A model generated the notes under the pieces. The model saw only the letters and a program-made list of their open reading frames with translations. It had not been told where the DNA came from and ran no database searches. A stretch of 64,000 bases of DNA from Candidatus Neptunichlamydia sp. (GTDB lineage: Bacteria > Chlamydiota > Chlamydiia > Chlamydiales > Simkaniaceae): contig OZ247587.1 of the NCBI GenBank assembly GCA_965233865.1, positions 832,001 through 896,000 of the forward strand. Direction: 5' to 3'. Position numbers and translations under genes: made by a program. Shown here piece after piece: positions 49,822 through 60,064 of this stretch (position 1 is the stretch's first letter; the number at the start of each line of letters is the position of its first letter).

Positions 49822-52800
49822 ATGAAAAGACCCGATAAACAAGACAAGCTGTCTAAAGAAAAGGCAGTGCAATTTGAAAGCGAGCAGTTCGAAGAGTACT
49901 ACGTTTGGCTTCAAGAACATATGCCTAATGGTTTTTTCGAAGAGATTGAGCCTGACCAATATATGCTAATTGCCCACTATCTAATGGGGTTTCCTCTTTT
50001 AGACTATTATTGTCAGATCACCTTGAAGAATGAAGCCTTTGTTTTGATGCTTGACTCTCCCGATGTCGACATGAAAATCCTCAAAAATTTCAACCTACAT
50101 GGGATCAAAAATTATCACACCTTTATTTCTGATAAGCCTCCCCCTTTTCCTGGGATTAAAAAGCGCCTACTCATTGCCCGGGTGTTTTTTACCTCTTATG
50201 AAGATCGAAAAACAAAAAAAGTCTCAGATCTATTAAGCAAAGAGCGACGTATTGAAGTCTATACCTCTTTAAATGAGATTGATGCCAGTATCTCAAAGGA
50301 AGAATATGAGGAACTTATCAGCTCAATCGACCCTCTTTTTCTGCGCTCTTTATCAGATGACCGGCTTGTTTTGGCGCTTCATATGTTTCATAGAGCACGT
50401 ACGCGTGACTACTGCCAATATGAAGTCCGCTACAATGAAGAATGGAAAAAACAAAAAGGAGAAGTCCCTTCAATGCAGATTGTGATTGCGTGGAGAAACA
50501 CCCCCAAGCATCGATTTCTGTACCGGCTTGCTAAAACGATTTTTCGACACAAATTAAAAATCATGCGGGTAACGGCTTCATATGCTGACCCGTATAGCGA
50601 TAACAGTATCCTAGTTATGTCATTAGGACTCCATGGAATTAAGGGAAAAGCAGCATGGGACGAAGCAGACGTCGACGATTTTCTGAAAGAACTGGTCACT
50701 CTAAAGTACTTTCCGGACGGGGACGAAATCGAAAAAGTGTTCGTACAGCCCGGTCTTCTGAGGGGAAACATCGGGAATCTTTTAAGAGCCACGGCCAGCT
50801 TTGTACATCAAACACTCGTTCACGCAGACCTCAATCTCTACACGCTGAGCAATGTCATGGAAGCTCTGTGTCGACATCCAGAGCTGACCGTTCAGATTTG
50901 TAAAGCATTTGAACAAAAATTCCACCCCGAGCAAACGAATCAAGATGAGTATCGCCGCTCTAGAGAGAGGTTTATGATGCTCGTCAACCATCTAGACACA
51001 GGAAATGAACTCTATGATACTAGACGAAAAAATATCCTAAAACAAGCAATGCATTTCGTCGACTATTGTCTTAAGCATAATTTCTATCGAAATAACAAGA
51101 GTGCTCTTTGTTTTCGCTTAGATCCAAAATACCTTAACTACGTTCCTTATAACCGACGGGAAAAGTTCCCAGAAGTTCCCTATGGAATTTTCTTTATGCA
51201 AGGGATGCATTTTATTGGATTTCATATTCGATTTAAGAATCTTTCAAGGGGAGGACTACGCACGGTATTCCCTCAACGATACGAGCAAATGGTCACTGAA
51301 AGAAATAACGTCTTTTTAGAGTGTTACAACCTTGCCCTCACACAACAGAAAAAAAATAAGGACATTCCCGAAGGAGGTTCTAAAGGAGTTATTTTTCTTG
51401 AGCCTTATGACCAACTCCTTACCGAAGTGCAAATCTATCGAAAAGAATTGAAGGTTGCAGGACTTGAAGAAGGAGAGATTGAGGAAACAATCAAAGTCTA
51501 CAAAGCAAAGCAAAAAATCGAATATCTCTACCAAACGCAACGGGCCTTTGTTCATAGCTTTTTAACCATAGTGAATTGCCTTGAAAATGGAACGTTAAAA
51601 GCTAAACACATCGTCGACTACTGGAAAAAACCTGAGTATATTTATCTTGGTCCAGATGAGAATATGCATAATGTCATGATCGAGTGGATCGCCAGCACTA
51701 GCAAACGGTGTGGCTACAAGCCGGGAATTGCGTTCATCTCTAGCAAACCAAGTGTAGGAATCAATCATAAAGAATATGGTGTCACCTCTCTTGGGATCAA
51801 TGTCTACATGCAAGAAGTTCTTCGGTACATGGAAATCGATCCCAAAAGAGATCCTTTCACCATTAAAATCTCAGGCGGCCCTGATGGAGATGTTGCAGGG
51901 AACCAGATTATCAATCTCTATAAGCATTTTCCAAGCACAGCCAAACTTCTTGCGATTACCGATGTTTCAGGAACTATCTTTGATCCCAAAGGACTCGACC
52001 TATCGATCCTTGCTGATCTGTTTAAAGAAGTCAAACCGATTGCTGCATACTCTCCCAAAAAACTCAATGATGGGGGTTTCTTACTCGATCTCCAAACAAA
52101 AAAAGAACAAACTGCCTTTGCACAAAAGACTCTCTGCTGGAAAAAAGAGCGCGGTAAGCTCGTTGAAAGTTGGCTTTCAGGAAGTGATATGAACCACCTC
52201 TTCCGCCACAACTTGCATCAAGTCAAAACCGATATTTTCATCCCCGCAGGAGGACGTCCCAGAACCCTTAACGAAAACAACTACCAAGACTTTCTCGTAA
52301 AAGGCAAACCTTCTTCAAGAGCCATCGTTGAAGGAGCCAACCTTTATCTCACCCCAAATGCGCGTCGAAAGCTCGAAAAATTGGGTGTCATTATTATCAA
52401 AGACAGCTCAGCAAACAAAGGAGGTGTCATCTGCTCTTCGATGGAGATCCTAGCAGGGCTCACAACAACAGAAGAAGAATTCTTTCTAGAAAAAAATGAA
52501 CTCATGCCACAAATATTGGGGATTATCGAAGAAAAAGCCCGCGACGAAGCAGAACTTCTTCTCAAATCTCGAGATGAAACAGGAGATTTCCTTACCAATC
52601 TCTCTGATAAAGTTTCAGAGAGGATCAACACCTATACCTATGAACTTCTTGATTATCTAGAGAGACTTCCACTCGCCTCCTATTCTGATGATCCGCTCGT
52701 CAAAGCGCTCCTAACTTTTTGCCCTGCCCTCCTTGCAGATAAGTACCGTGAACGGATCATTCAAAACATTCCAGAGATCCACAAAAAAGCGATTATCGCC

Positions 52801-52941
52801 TGCTTTTTTGCTTCCCGCCTCGTTTATAAGAAAGGACTCAGGTGGTCTCCCTCAATCGTTGATGTGCTCCCCTTAATCGCATCAGATCCCAAAATCACCT
52901 CACCCTCCTTGCAGAACCATAACTTCCAGATTCTTGACTAA
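49822..52941 (+). CDS. Large NAD-specific glutamate dehydrogenase
   Basis: RGGLR, KNKDIPEGGSKG, GPDE, HKEYGVTS, GGPDGDVAGN, EGANL, SANKGGVICSS. Confidence 0.92.
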   Translation: MKRPDKQDKLSKEKAVQFESEQFEEYYVWLQEHMPNGFFEEIEPDQYMLIAHYLMGFPLLDYYCQITLKNEAFVLMLDSPDVDMKILKNFNLHGIKNYHTFISDKPPPFPGIKKRLLIARVFFTSYEDRKTKKVSDLLSKERRIEVYTSLNEIDASISKEEYEELISSIDPLFLRSLSDDRLVLALHMFHRARTRDYCQYEVRYNEEWKKQKGEVPSMQIVIAWRNTPKHRFLYRLAKTIFRHKLKIMRVTASYADPYSDNSILVMSLGLHGIKGKAAWDEADVDDFLKELVTLKYFPDGDEIEKVFVQPGLLRGNIGNLLRATASFVHQTLVHADLNLYTLSNVMEALCRHPELTVQICKAFEQKFHPEQTNQDEYRRSRERFMMLVNHLDTGNELYDTRRKNILKQAMHFVDYCLKHNFYRNNKSALCFRLDPKYLNYVPYNRREKFPEVPYGIFFMQGMHFIGFHIRFKNLSRGGLRTVFPQRYEQMVTERNNVFLECYNLALTQQKKNKDIPEGGSKGVIFLEPYDQLLTEVQIYRKELKVAGLEEGEIEETIKVYKAKQKIEYLYQTQRAFVHSFLTIVNCLENGTLKAKHIVDYWKKPEYIYLGPDENMHNVMIEWIASTSKRCGYKPGIAFISSKPSVGINHKEYGVTSLGINVYMQEVLRYMEIDPKRDPFTIKISGGPDGDVAGNQIINLYKHFPSTAKLLAITDVSGTIFDPKGLDLSILADLFKEVKPIAAYSPKKLNDGGFLLDLQTKKEQTAFAQKTLCWKKERGKLVESWLSGSDMNHLFRHNLHQVKTDIFIPAGGRPRTLNENNYQDFLVKGKPSSRAIVEGANLYLTPNARRKLEKLGVIIIKDSSANKGGVICSSMEILAGLTTTEEEFFLEKNELMPQILGIIEEKARDEAELLLKSRDETGDFLTNLSDKVSERINTYTYELLDYLERLPLASYSDDPLVKALLTFCPALLADKYRERIIQNIPEIHKKAIIACFFASRLVYKKGLRWSPSIVDVLPLIASDPKITSPSLQNHNFQILD

Positions 52942-53197
52942 TGCCCCACTTTGAACATAGGAGCATAATTCGGTTTATCCGCTCCAATGTCAGGGACTGG
53001 TTATCCATCCGTTTTCATTGCTTATTTTTTTAAGCGCCGTGTTTCCCTTCTAGATTAATTGATATGCATAAATATTTTTTAATAATAAAAAAGCTATTAC
53101 ACAATAAATATAAAACTTTAACAAAAAAAATCATTTTAGTTTTAATTAAAAATGCCGTGAGATATTATCTTTTATAAAACTATAATCAAGGATAAGC

Positions 53198-54070
53198 ATG
53201 ACGCATTCAATACAGCCTAAATTCGTTAACCCATTAGAAATATTACCTGAAGCACGTTCTCTCCTCACCCATAATACAAATCCATCGGATGTAAAAGCTC
53301 AGAAAATTATGACGCAAATGTTCCAGTCAGATGATCTATTCTGTACACCTCCTGGAACACCTCCTTTACTTCTTACTGGATCGTGTGTTCCTATTCCCCC
53401 AACACCAACAAAAACCTCTCCAATGTCAAAAGATTATGAGCCATTTAATAACCCTGTTCAATTATTGGAGTGTCCCCCTAATAGGTTAGCCATCAATTTA
53501 CATCAAAATATCCTCCAAAATATTAGATTAAATGGTTTTTACAACACATCTAATGGAGAAAAAATCTGCATTCAACAGCCACCTCAAGGGCAATCATGTG
53601 GGGTTGGCGTAATTTTGATGCTAATGCATGATTTTAAAATACAGGTAAATGACTTAAATAGCTTTACAGAGTGGTGTATCTCTTCTCGATTATTGAATCC
53701 GCCAGATATGATTCGAGCAGTTCACAATATGACAAATGTCCAGTCAATGGGACTAGAGTTTAAAACAAGCACGTTAAGCGATTATAGTTTGCGTCCTAAC
53801 CGTTCCAAAGATATTTTATCTTCTAAGTTTGAAGCAATTTTGAAAATCTTAGGAAGCCTCCAAAGCGAATCAAAATCCTCCATTATTATTGATATTACGC
53901 ATGAAACGCTACATGGACACTGGATTATAATAGACGGAATTCAGGAAAAAAGTGTTTTTATCCGCGACCCATTTAAGGGTAAAGCTTATGAACTCTCTGA
54001 TGAAGATTTGTTTAAGAATCTTTTAGACTCTGATCTTAAATTGATTTACGTGGGTAAAGCTTCTAGTTGA
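53198..54070 (+). CDS. Papain-like (C39-type) cysteine peptidase domain protein with Pro-rich N-terminus
   Basis: QQPPQGQSCG (Gln/Cys), GHWIIIDG (His), IRDP (Asp). Confidence 0.7.
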   Translation: MTHSIQPKFVNPLEILPEARSLLTHNTNPSDVKAQKIMTQMFQSDDLFCTPPGTPPLLLTGSCVPIPPTPTKTSPMSKDYEPFNNPVQLLECPPNRLAINLHQNILQNIRLNGFYNTSNGEKICIQQPPQGQSCGVGVILMLMHDFKIQVNDLNSFTEWCISSRLLNPPDMIRAVHNMTNVQSMGLEFKTSTLSDYSLRPNRSKDILSSKFEAILKILGSLQSESKSSIIIDITHETLHGHWIIIDGIQEKSVFIRDPFKGKAYELSDEDLFKNLLDSDLKLIYVGKASS

Positions 54071-54390
54071 ATAATAGATCCTTCTGTAAGTGAAAAAGCT
54101 TCAGAAGAAATTATGCATTTTTCAATAGCTTGACGTGTTTCAGGATCTCTTGCATATCCAATTATTTTAAAGTGAACAGCAGGCTGAAAATGTTGCTCTG
54201 GCCAGGAAATGTTAAATTGCTCTTTTTCAATTCCAGAAAAAGAGCGCCACTCTTGCCACAAAGGATCAGTGTGATTGGGAGTAAACAAACAAGCATAATA
54301 GCCGGAAATAGGAGAAGAGTTTATAGACGTCACCCTCCGCTGTAAAAATGAAAACGAATGATCAAAGTTAGAAGAGACTGCCAAGTTCAT
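54046..54390 (-). CDS. Hypothetical protein (possibly a fragment)
   Basis: 114-aa ORF, no family recognised. Confidence 0.35.
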   Translation of the reverse strand: MNLAVSSNFDHSFSFLQRRVTSINSSPISGYYACLFTPNHTDPLWQEWRSFSGIEKEQFNISWPEQHFQPAVHFKIIGYARDPETRQAIEKCIISSEAFSLTEGSIIQLEALPT

Positions 54391-54570
54391 ACTGACAAAT
54401 TACAATATTAACTTGTTACTGTCAATAGGCTTTTCTTCAAATAATAACTTTTTTAGAGAGACAAGACTAATCTTCATAGAGGAAACTTCAGAAGTTCTGG
54501 CATGAAAAATGCGTATTTAACCTGAGTTTTGAAAAATTTTACCTAACATTTTTAGGTCTGGATGTCCTGC

Positions 54571-54603
54571 AAAAAAAAGGCCCGCCTTTTGGGCGAGCCT
54601 TTT
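54571..54603 (-). terminator. Rho-independent terminator of the dnaK operon
   Basis: Minus strand AAAAGGCTCGCCC-AAAA-GGCGGGCC-TTTTTTTT just after the dnaK stop. Confidence 0.85.
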
Positions 54604-54621
54604 AAGGACAAATCCTAAGCT

Positions 54622-56559
54622 TTAGTTATCGTCGTCATCAAGGATTTCGACCTCAGCTTCTTCTATCTCAGGTTCCTTGTCTTTCGAGGCTTCTTGTTGT
54701 TGCGATCCTTTTGGAGGAGGAGGGGCTCCACCTTCCGCTCCAGGTTGGGCAGCTCCTTGCTTTTGAAGTTCTTCACCAATCTTTTGGATATAGGCGTTGA
54801 GTTCTTCAGTTGCAGTGGAAATGACTCCTGTGTCAGTCTCCTCAAGGGCTTTTTTCAAAGCATCGATCCGCGTTTGAATCTCTTTTGTGAGATGCTCCGG
54901 AAGCTTATCTTTGTAATCGGTGAGAGATTTCTCAGCTTGGAAGACGAGGCTATCCCCTTTGTTGCGGGTCTCAACTTCATCTTTTTTCTGCTTATCTTCT
55001 TCAGCGTGTTCTTCCGCATCTTTGACCATACGCTCGATTTCAGACTCATCGAGCCCTGATTTCGCTTCGATCTTGATCTTTTGTTCTTTACCAGAGCCAA
55101 GATCTTTCGCAGAGACATGAAGAATCCCGTCAGCATCGATATCAAAGGCGACTTCAATTTGTGGGGTTCCGCGTGCGGCAGGAGGAACTTCTGTCAAATC
55201 AAACCGACCGACTTCTTTGTTATCTTTTGCCATCTTTCGTTCTCCCTGAAGAACTACAATCGTCACGGCAGGCTGATTATCCATTGCTGTCGAGAAGATT
55301 TGTTTCTTTTGAGTCGGAATCGTGGTGTTTCTTTCAACAAGGGGAGTCAGCACTCCTCCAAGCGTTTCAATTCCAAGAGTCAGAGGGATTACATCAAGAA
55401 GAAGAACATCCTTCACATCACCAGCAAGGACTCCTCCTTGAATCGCTGCACCCGTTGCAACAACTTCATCAGGATTAACCCCTTTATGAGGCTCTCTCCC
55501 GAAGATTTCTTTAACCTTTGTTTGCACCGCAGGCATCCTGCTCATTCCACCTACTAGAAGGACATCGTCAATCTCTTCTTTAGCAAGACCAGAGTCTTTT
55601 AAGGCATCGAGGCACGGTTGAATACATCTTTCAACTAAACTTGATGCAAGGTTTTCAAATTTAGAGCGGGAGAGTGTTAGCGCTAAATGCTTAGGCCCGC
55701 TTGCATCCATAGTAATGAAGGGTTGGTTAATCTCAGTCTGCTGCGTTCCAGAAAGTTCAATCTTAGCTTTTTCCGCTGCATCTTTAATCCTTTGAAGTGC
55801 CATCTTATCTTTAGAAAGATCGATACTATTTTCCTTCTTAAATTCCTCGAGCATCCAGTTAATGACAATATTGTCAAAGTCATCTCCACCAAGGTGAGTA
55901 TCTCCATTAGTAGCAAGTACTTCAAAAACGCCATCTCCAATTTCAAGGATCGAGATGTCAAAGGTTCCTCCACCAAGGTCAAAGACAGCAATTTTCTTAT
56001 CGCCACCTTCTTTATCTAGACCGTAGGCAAGAGCTGCCGCTGTTGGCTCAGGAATAATCCTTTTGACATCAAGTCCTGCAATTTTTCCAGCATCTTTTGT
56101 TGACTGACGTTGCGAGTCATTAAAGTAAGCAGGAACGGTAATCACTGCTTCATCAACGGTTTCTCCAAGGTATTCTTCGGCCGTTTCCTTCATTTTTTTA
56201 AGGACCTGAGCACCCACTTCTTCGGGTGTAAGTTTTTTTCCATCCACCTCAAAGACGGCATCACCATTGCTGTTGGCAACTACTCTGTAAGGGACGGTTT
56301 TGATTTCAGATTCAACCTCTGAGAACTTTCGTCCAATAAACCGCTTGGTAGAGTAAAGGGTTTTTTCCGGGTTGGTGACTGCTTGTCTCTTTGCTGGAAC
56401 TCCGACCAGCCTCTCTTCATCCTTATAAGAGACGATAGATGGTGTTGTTCGTGTTCCTTCAGCGTTAGCAATGACCTTTGCTGACCCCCCCTCCATCACA
56501 GCGACGCAGGAGTTTGTAGTTCCGAGGTCAATTCCAATAATCTTCCTTTTCTTAGCCAT
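54622..56559 (-). CDS. dnaK: Chaperone DnaK
   Basis: [31 protein letters not shown]. Confidence 0.99.
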   Translation of the reverse strand: MAKKRKIIGIDLGTTNSCVAVMEGGSAKVIANAEGTRTTPSIVSYKDEERLVGVPAKRQAVTNPEKTLYSTKRFIGRKFSEVESEIKTVPYRVVANSNGDAVFEVDGKKLTPEEVGAQVLKKMKETAEEYLGETVDEAVITVPAYFNDSQRQSTKDAGKIAGLDVKRIIPEPTAAALAYGLDKEGGDKKIAVFDLGGGTFDISILEIGDGVFEVLATNGDTHLGGDDFDNIVINWMLEEFKKENSIDLSKDKMALQRIKDAAEKAKIELSGTQQTEINQPFITMDASGPKHLALTLSRSKFENLASSLVERCIQPCLDALKDSGLAKEEIDDVLLVGGMSRMPAVQTKVKEIFGREPHKGVNPDEVVATGAAIQGGVLAGDVKDVLLLDVIPLTLGIETLGGVLTPLVERNTTIPTQKKQIFSTAMDNQPAVTIVVLQGERKMAKDNKEVGRFDLTEVPPAARGTPQIEVAFDIDADGILHVSAKDLGSGKEQKIKIEAKSGLDESEIERMVKDAEEHAEEDKQKKDEVETRNKGDSLVFQAEKSLTDYKDKLPEHLTKEIQTRIDALKKALEETDTGVISTATEELNAYIQKIGEELQKQGAAQPGAEGGAPPPPKGSQQQEASKDKEPEIEEAEVEILDDDDN

Positions 56560-56562
56560 AGT

Positions 56563-57162
56563 TTAGTTATCTCCCTGATTGTTTTCTTCTTCTGATTCTT
56601 CTTCAATGTTCTCTTTCTTAGGCGCTTTAGCAACTTTGACCCGTGCTGGACGGAGAATACGATCACCACATTTATACCCCTTAACGAATTCTTGAAGGAT
56701 CAGTCCATCTTCATGTTTATCGCTTTCTTCGAGCTCCAGTACTTCGTGGAGGTGAGGATCAAATGTTGCTCCTTCTGAAGGATAAGGGGTTACTTTATGA
56801 CCCGACAATATATCTTTAAACTGGGTAAGGATCATTTCAAATCCCTTCGCCCATGTTTGCGTTTCTTCGGAAGCTTGATGAACAAAGCTTAAAGCATTCT
56901 CAAAATTATCTAGAGGGGAAAGGAATTCCCCAATGACATTTTCTACTGCAAAGCGGGTGGAGTCATGCCTCTCCTTTTGCATGCGCTTCCTTGAGTTTTC
57001 CATGTCTGCAAGAGAGCGGAGATATTTTCCCTGCTCTTCTTTAATTTGTTGCTTCAATCCTTCCGTTTCATCAAGTTCTTCGGTGACTTCTCCGGTTTCT
57101 TCAATCCTGTCTTCTAGATCTTGCGACTCTTCTTGAGGCTTTTCTTGCGATTTATCTTCCAA
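56563..57162 (-). CDS. grpE: Nucleotide exchange factor GrpE
   Basis: LADMENSRKR, FDPHLHE, KGY...RILRPARVKV. Confidence 0.96.
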   Translation of the reverse strand: MEDKSQEKPQEESQDLEDRIEETGEVTEELDETEGLKQQIKEEQGKYLRSLADMENSRKRMQKERHDSTRFAVENVIGEFLSPLDNFENALSFVHQASEETQTWAKGFEMILTQFKDILSGHKVTPYPSEGATFDPHLHEVLELEESDKHEDGLILQEFVKGYKCGDRILRPARVKVAKAPKKENIEEESEEENNQGDN

Positions 57163-57173
57163 CGTTTGGGCTC

Positions 57174-58316
57174 CTAGGTTTTATCTTCAAGTTGTAGCGG
57201 GTCATCCTGCTCGATCAATTTTAGAGGCGCGGTTTGCATCTCAACTTGTTCAGATTTTGGTTGTCGGTAGGTGATTTTATACTTATAGAGATTACGTGTC
57301 AGCATTTCGCTCAAAATTTGAGAAAAAGTGCGGAGAATTCCAAATAATTTTGGATAAGGCATGCGGATAGGGCCAAGAAGGGCAATGGCTCCAACCGCTT
57401 TCCCATGGATATAATAGGGAATAGCGATGATACTGCTTTGGGCAATGGATGCAGAAGGATGATGGATATCATCTCCGATCCACACTTTCAGGTCGCGCTC
57501 TCTTGTGCACCGTCCCAAGAGTTTACGCATAAAAGAGGTATTTTCAAAGATCGATAATCCTGTTGCTAGAACAGTAGCATCCTGAAATTCAGAGAAACGG
57601 ATAAGCTTAGAAAATCCCGTTTTGTAAATATCAATGGCGCTAAAATTCGAATAGCCAACGATATGACGCATCATGATTTCGTTATAAAAATTGGAGGCGA
57701 GCTCCTCTTCTTCCTGACTTATCTTGGGGCGGTCGAGTTCTGTGAGGCGGAAGCGAAAATAACTTTCAATTCTTTTTAGAGAAAAATTGCTGAGTTTCTT
57801 TGGAGTATAAAGGATTTCGGTATGAACGAGTCCAAAGTCAGTGATGACCACAATGAGGCACCGTTTTGCATCAATTCCAACAATCTTGATGTCGATAATG
57901 ATGTCTTGATCAAATCGCGGCGCTGATAAAAACACGGCCCCTTGCGTAAGATTGCTAAGAAGCTCCGCTCCATTCTGCAGGTAGCCGGCAATTTCCCGCG
58001 TATCTTGATTTAACTCCTTCTGCAAAAGAGCCAATTCCTTGGGATCGATTCGGTGGCTATTGATATGGAAGTTTGCATAGAGCTTGTAGGCCAAAGTAGT
58101 TGGGATACGACCGCCTGACGCGTGCTGCTGCATCAGATAACCCTCCTTCTCGAGACTGGCAAAGTAGTTTCGAATCGTGGCTGAGCTGATATTTTCGAAG
58201 TCATTTTCCTTAAGGGTATTCGAACCCACAGGTTTTCCCGTTAAAAGGTAGAGCTCGACGAGACCTAGTAGGACTTCTCTTTCTCTCTCAGCTCTTTGCT
58301 TTCGTTTTACTGCCAT
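57174..58316 (-). CDS. hrcA: Heat-inducible repressor HrcA
   Basis: PVGS, SSATIRN, HASGGRIPT, GPIRMPY; Chlamydia-type C-terminal tail. Confidence 0.96.
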   Translation of the reverse strand: MAVKRKQRAEREREVLLGLVELYLLTGKPVGSNTLKENDFENISSATIRNYFASLEKEGYLMQQHASGGRIPTTLAYKLYANFHINSHRIDPKELALLQKELNQDTREIAGYLQNGAELLSNLTQGAVFLSAPRFDQDIIIDIKIVGIDAKRCLIVVITDFGLVHTEILYTPKKLSNFSLKRIESYFRFRLTELDRPKISQEEEELASNFYNEIMMRHIVGYSNFSAIDIYKTGFSKLIRFSEFQDATVLATGLSIFENTSFMRKLLGRCTRERDLKVWIGDDIHHPSASIAQSSIIAIPYYIHGKAVGAIALLGPIRMPYPKLFGILRTFSQILSEMLTRNLYKYKITYRQPKSEQVEMQTAPLKLIEQDDPLQLEDKT

Positions 58317-58319
58317 GCA

Positions 58320-58407
58320 GTAGCAATCTCCTCATCTTACTGCCAATATAGCATAAGGGGGGCCAGCTGGCAATCAAAAACTAGCACTCATCTAGATCAA
58401 GTGCTTA
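58320..58407 (-). promoter_or_regulatory. hrcA-grpE-dnaK promoter with two CIRCE-like operators
   Basis: CTAGCACTC-N9-AAGTGCTTA (58381-58407); minus-strand TTGGCAGTA-N9-GATTGCTAC (58346-58320); -35 TTGCCA (58373-58368), 17 bp, TGc-TATATT (58350-58345). Confidence 0.75.
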
Positions 58408-58690
58408 AAATATATATTAACCGACTTATAAACAGTTGATTGCATGTTTATTTCAATAGAGCGACTGAGAGTCTTCTAAAGGTGCTTTCCTTTTTTTAGA
58501 ATGACTCTTCTTGAGCATTACTCCACCCATCGGAGATATTCCCCTAAATAATGGCTCACCATTCTTCTTGGAGAAGTGGTCAAAAAATTTACCTGGGATG
58601 CCCTGAATGGAAAACACCATGAGTTCTTGCAAAACTATAACTGACTCAGACAATCTATCATGCCTGGATGGATAACAATCAAGAAGTCAG

Positions 58691-59506
58691 TTACTTTGCT
58701 GTTTGCAATGGGGCAGAGTAAAAATTCCAAGATTGTTTAACAAAATTATTAATTTCATTCGATCTTGTGTTTAACCTTACCAAAGACACTCCTTCTAGTT
58801 TTTTTAAATCATATCTATAACGCATAGAAACGGGAAGTTTTGTTTGTTTACCATAAGCATTTGGGGCTGTTGCAAAACTAGCATCAATTTTCCCAGTGAT
58901 CGTTCCCTTTTTTGTGTTTAATTTTAGGGACAATCCACTTGATCCTGTAAAATGAAGCTCCTTTTTAGAGTTTGCTTTGGGGTTCAAAATAGGTTTAATT
59001 TTTGACAAATTACAATAAGCAGTCGAGTTCCCACTAGTTTGAGTAATACCATCTAATATTTGCAATGTTTTTACTGGGCCAAAGCGTTCCCTTAAATCTT
59101 CGGTTAGGGGAATTAAAACCTTTTTCTGAAATTCTACTTCTCCCAGTCTAGATACATTTGTACCATCTATGACAAGCTTACATCTTTTATAATCTCCGAT
59201 AAGTCTTTTTTGAATCGAATTAATCTGCTCATTAAAATCTATTTCAAAATTTTGAAGTTTTTCTACTCTCTGATTTTTTGTCATATTATCAGCTAATAAA
59301 GAAACCCATAAAGAAGCTGTTAAAGTAACAACCGCAAGAGCTATTTTCCCAATAATCTGAAATACAGAATCATTTTTATTAACAAAGGTGAAATCCTGGT
59401 ATTCACGAGTCGCATTTAATTTTGACTGTAACTCCGTGGACTTAGCATTCCCCAGTTCATTGTTTAAATATTCTTTTCCATGATACGTACTTAATGTAAT
59501 TGACAC
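58691..59506 (-). CDS. Hypothetical protein with one hydrophobic segment
   Basis: 271-aa AT-rich ORF with GAGG SD and GTG start; no family recognised. Confidence 0.7.
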   Translation of the reverse strand: MSITLSTYHGKEYLNNELGNAKSTELQSKLNATREYQDFTFVNKNDSVFQIIGKIALAVVTLTASLWVSLLADNMTKNQRVEKLQNFEIDFNEQINSIQKRLIGDYKRCKLVIDGTNVSRLGEVEFQKKVLIPLTEDLRERFGPVKTLQILDGITQTSGNSTAYCNLSKIKPILNPKANSKKELHFTGSSGLSLKLNTKKGTITGKIDASFATAPNAYGKQTKLPVSMRYRYDLKKLEGVSLVRLNTRSNEINNFVKQSWNFYSAPLQTAK

Positions 59507-59697
59507 AATTAAACCTCATTTATTGATACAATCATAATATATTATGTAATTAAAAGTATATAATATATTAACTAAATGCATTTATAGTTAATAATAAACA
59601 GTTTAAGTACTTTTAAAAATAATTTAGTTTTGAGAGTATTCACTTAAAAGAGGGTGCGCTCATAGACAAACCTAAAATTTTTTCGAGTATTAAGGAA

Positions 59698-60018
59698 ATG
59701 GAATAAGAGCCGCTAAAGTTGTTGGAAGAAAGCGCAGAAACTCGTTGCCCTTGAATCTCGCCAAAGCAGGGAGCTTCAATACTCCCCCAAAAGTCTCTAA
59801 ACCTCATGGCTTATCAAAAACAGGCATGTTGCCTCAGTAGAAACCCCACCTTTGAAGTAGCTCAGGTATCCCCTGCAACCCCAAGAAAAACACAGAATTT
59901 AGATGTTGTGCAGCTCAGTTCCCCATTCATTCAACGTAGTCAACACTACCCTTATAGGCCTTTTAGCTACCAAGGAGAGTTTAGTTCAATGTTTCAACCT
60001 CATGCTTTGATTTTTTAG
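59698..60018 (+). pseudogene. Possible degraded ORF
   Basis: AAGGA SD plus ATG 59698, in frame with ORF 59806-60018 but interrupted by TAA and TGA. Confidence 0.3.
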
Positions 60019-60064
60019 GTAGAAAGGGAATCTTAGATAGTGCCGTCCAACCACCTTAGATTTA

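Noticed and set aside
54663..56471. Many antisense and alternate-frame ORFs over dnaK (also over groEL, gdh and ptsI)
   Set aside because: Typical shadow ORFs of conserved genes, with no SD or motif support.
59700..60060. Possible tmRNA or RNase P RNA in the gap before rseP
   Set aside because: No tRNA-like ends, tag reading frame or RNase P conserved motifs were found.
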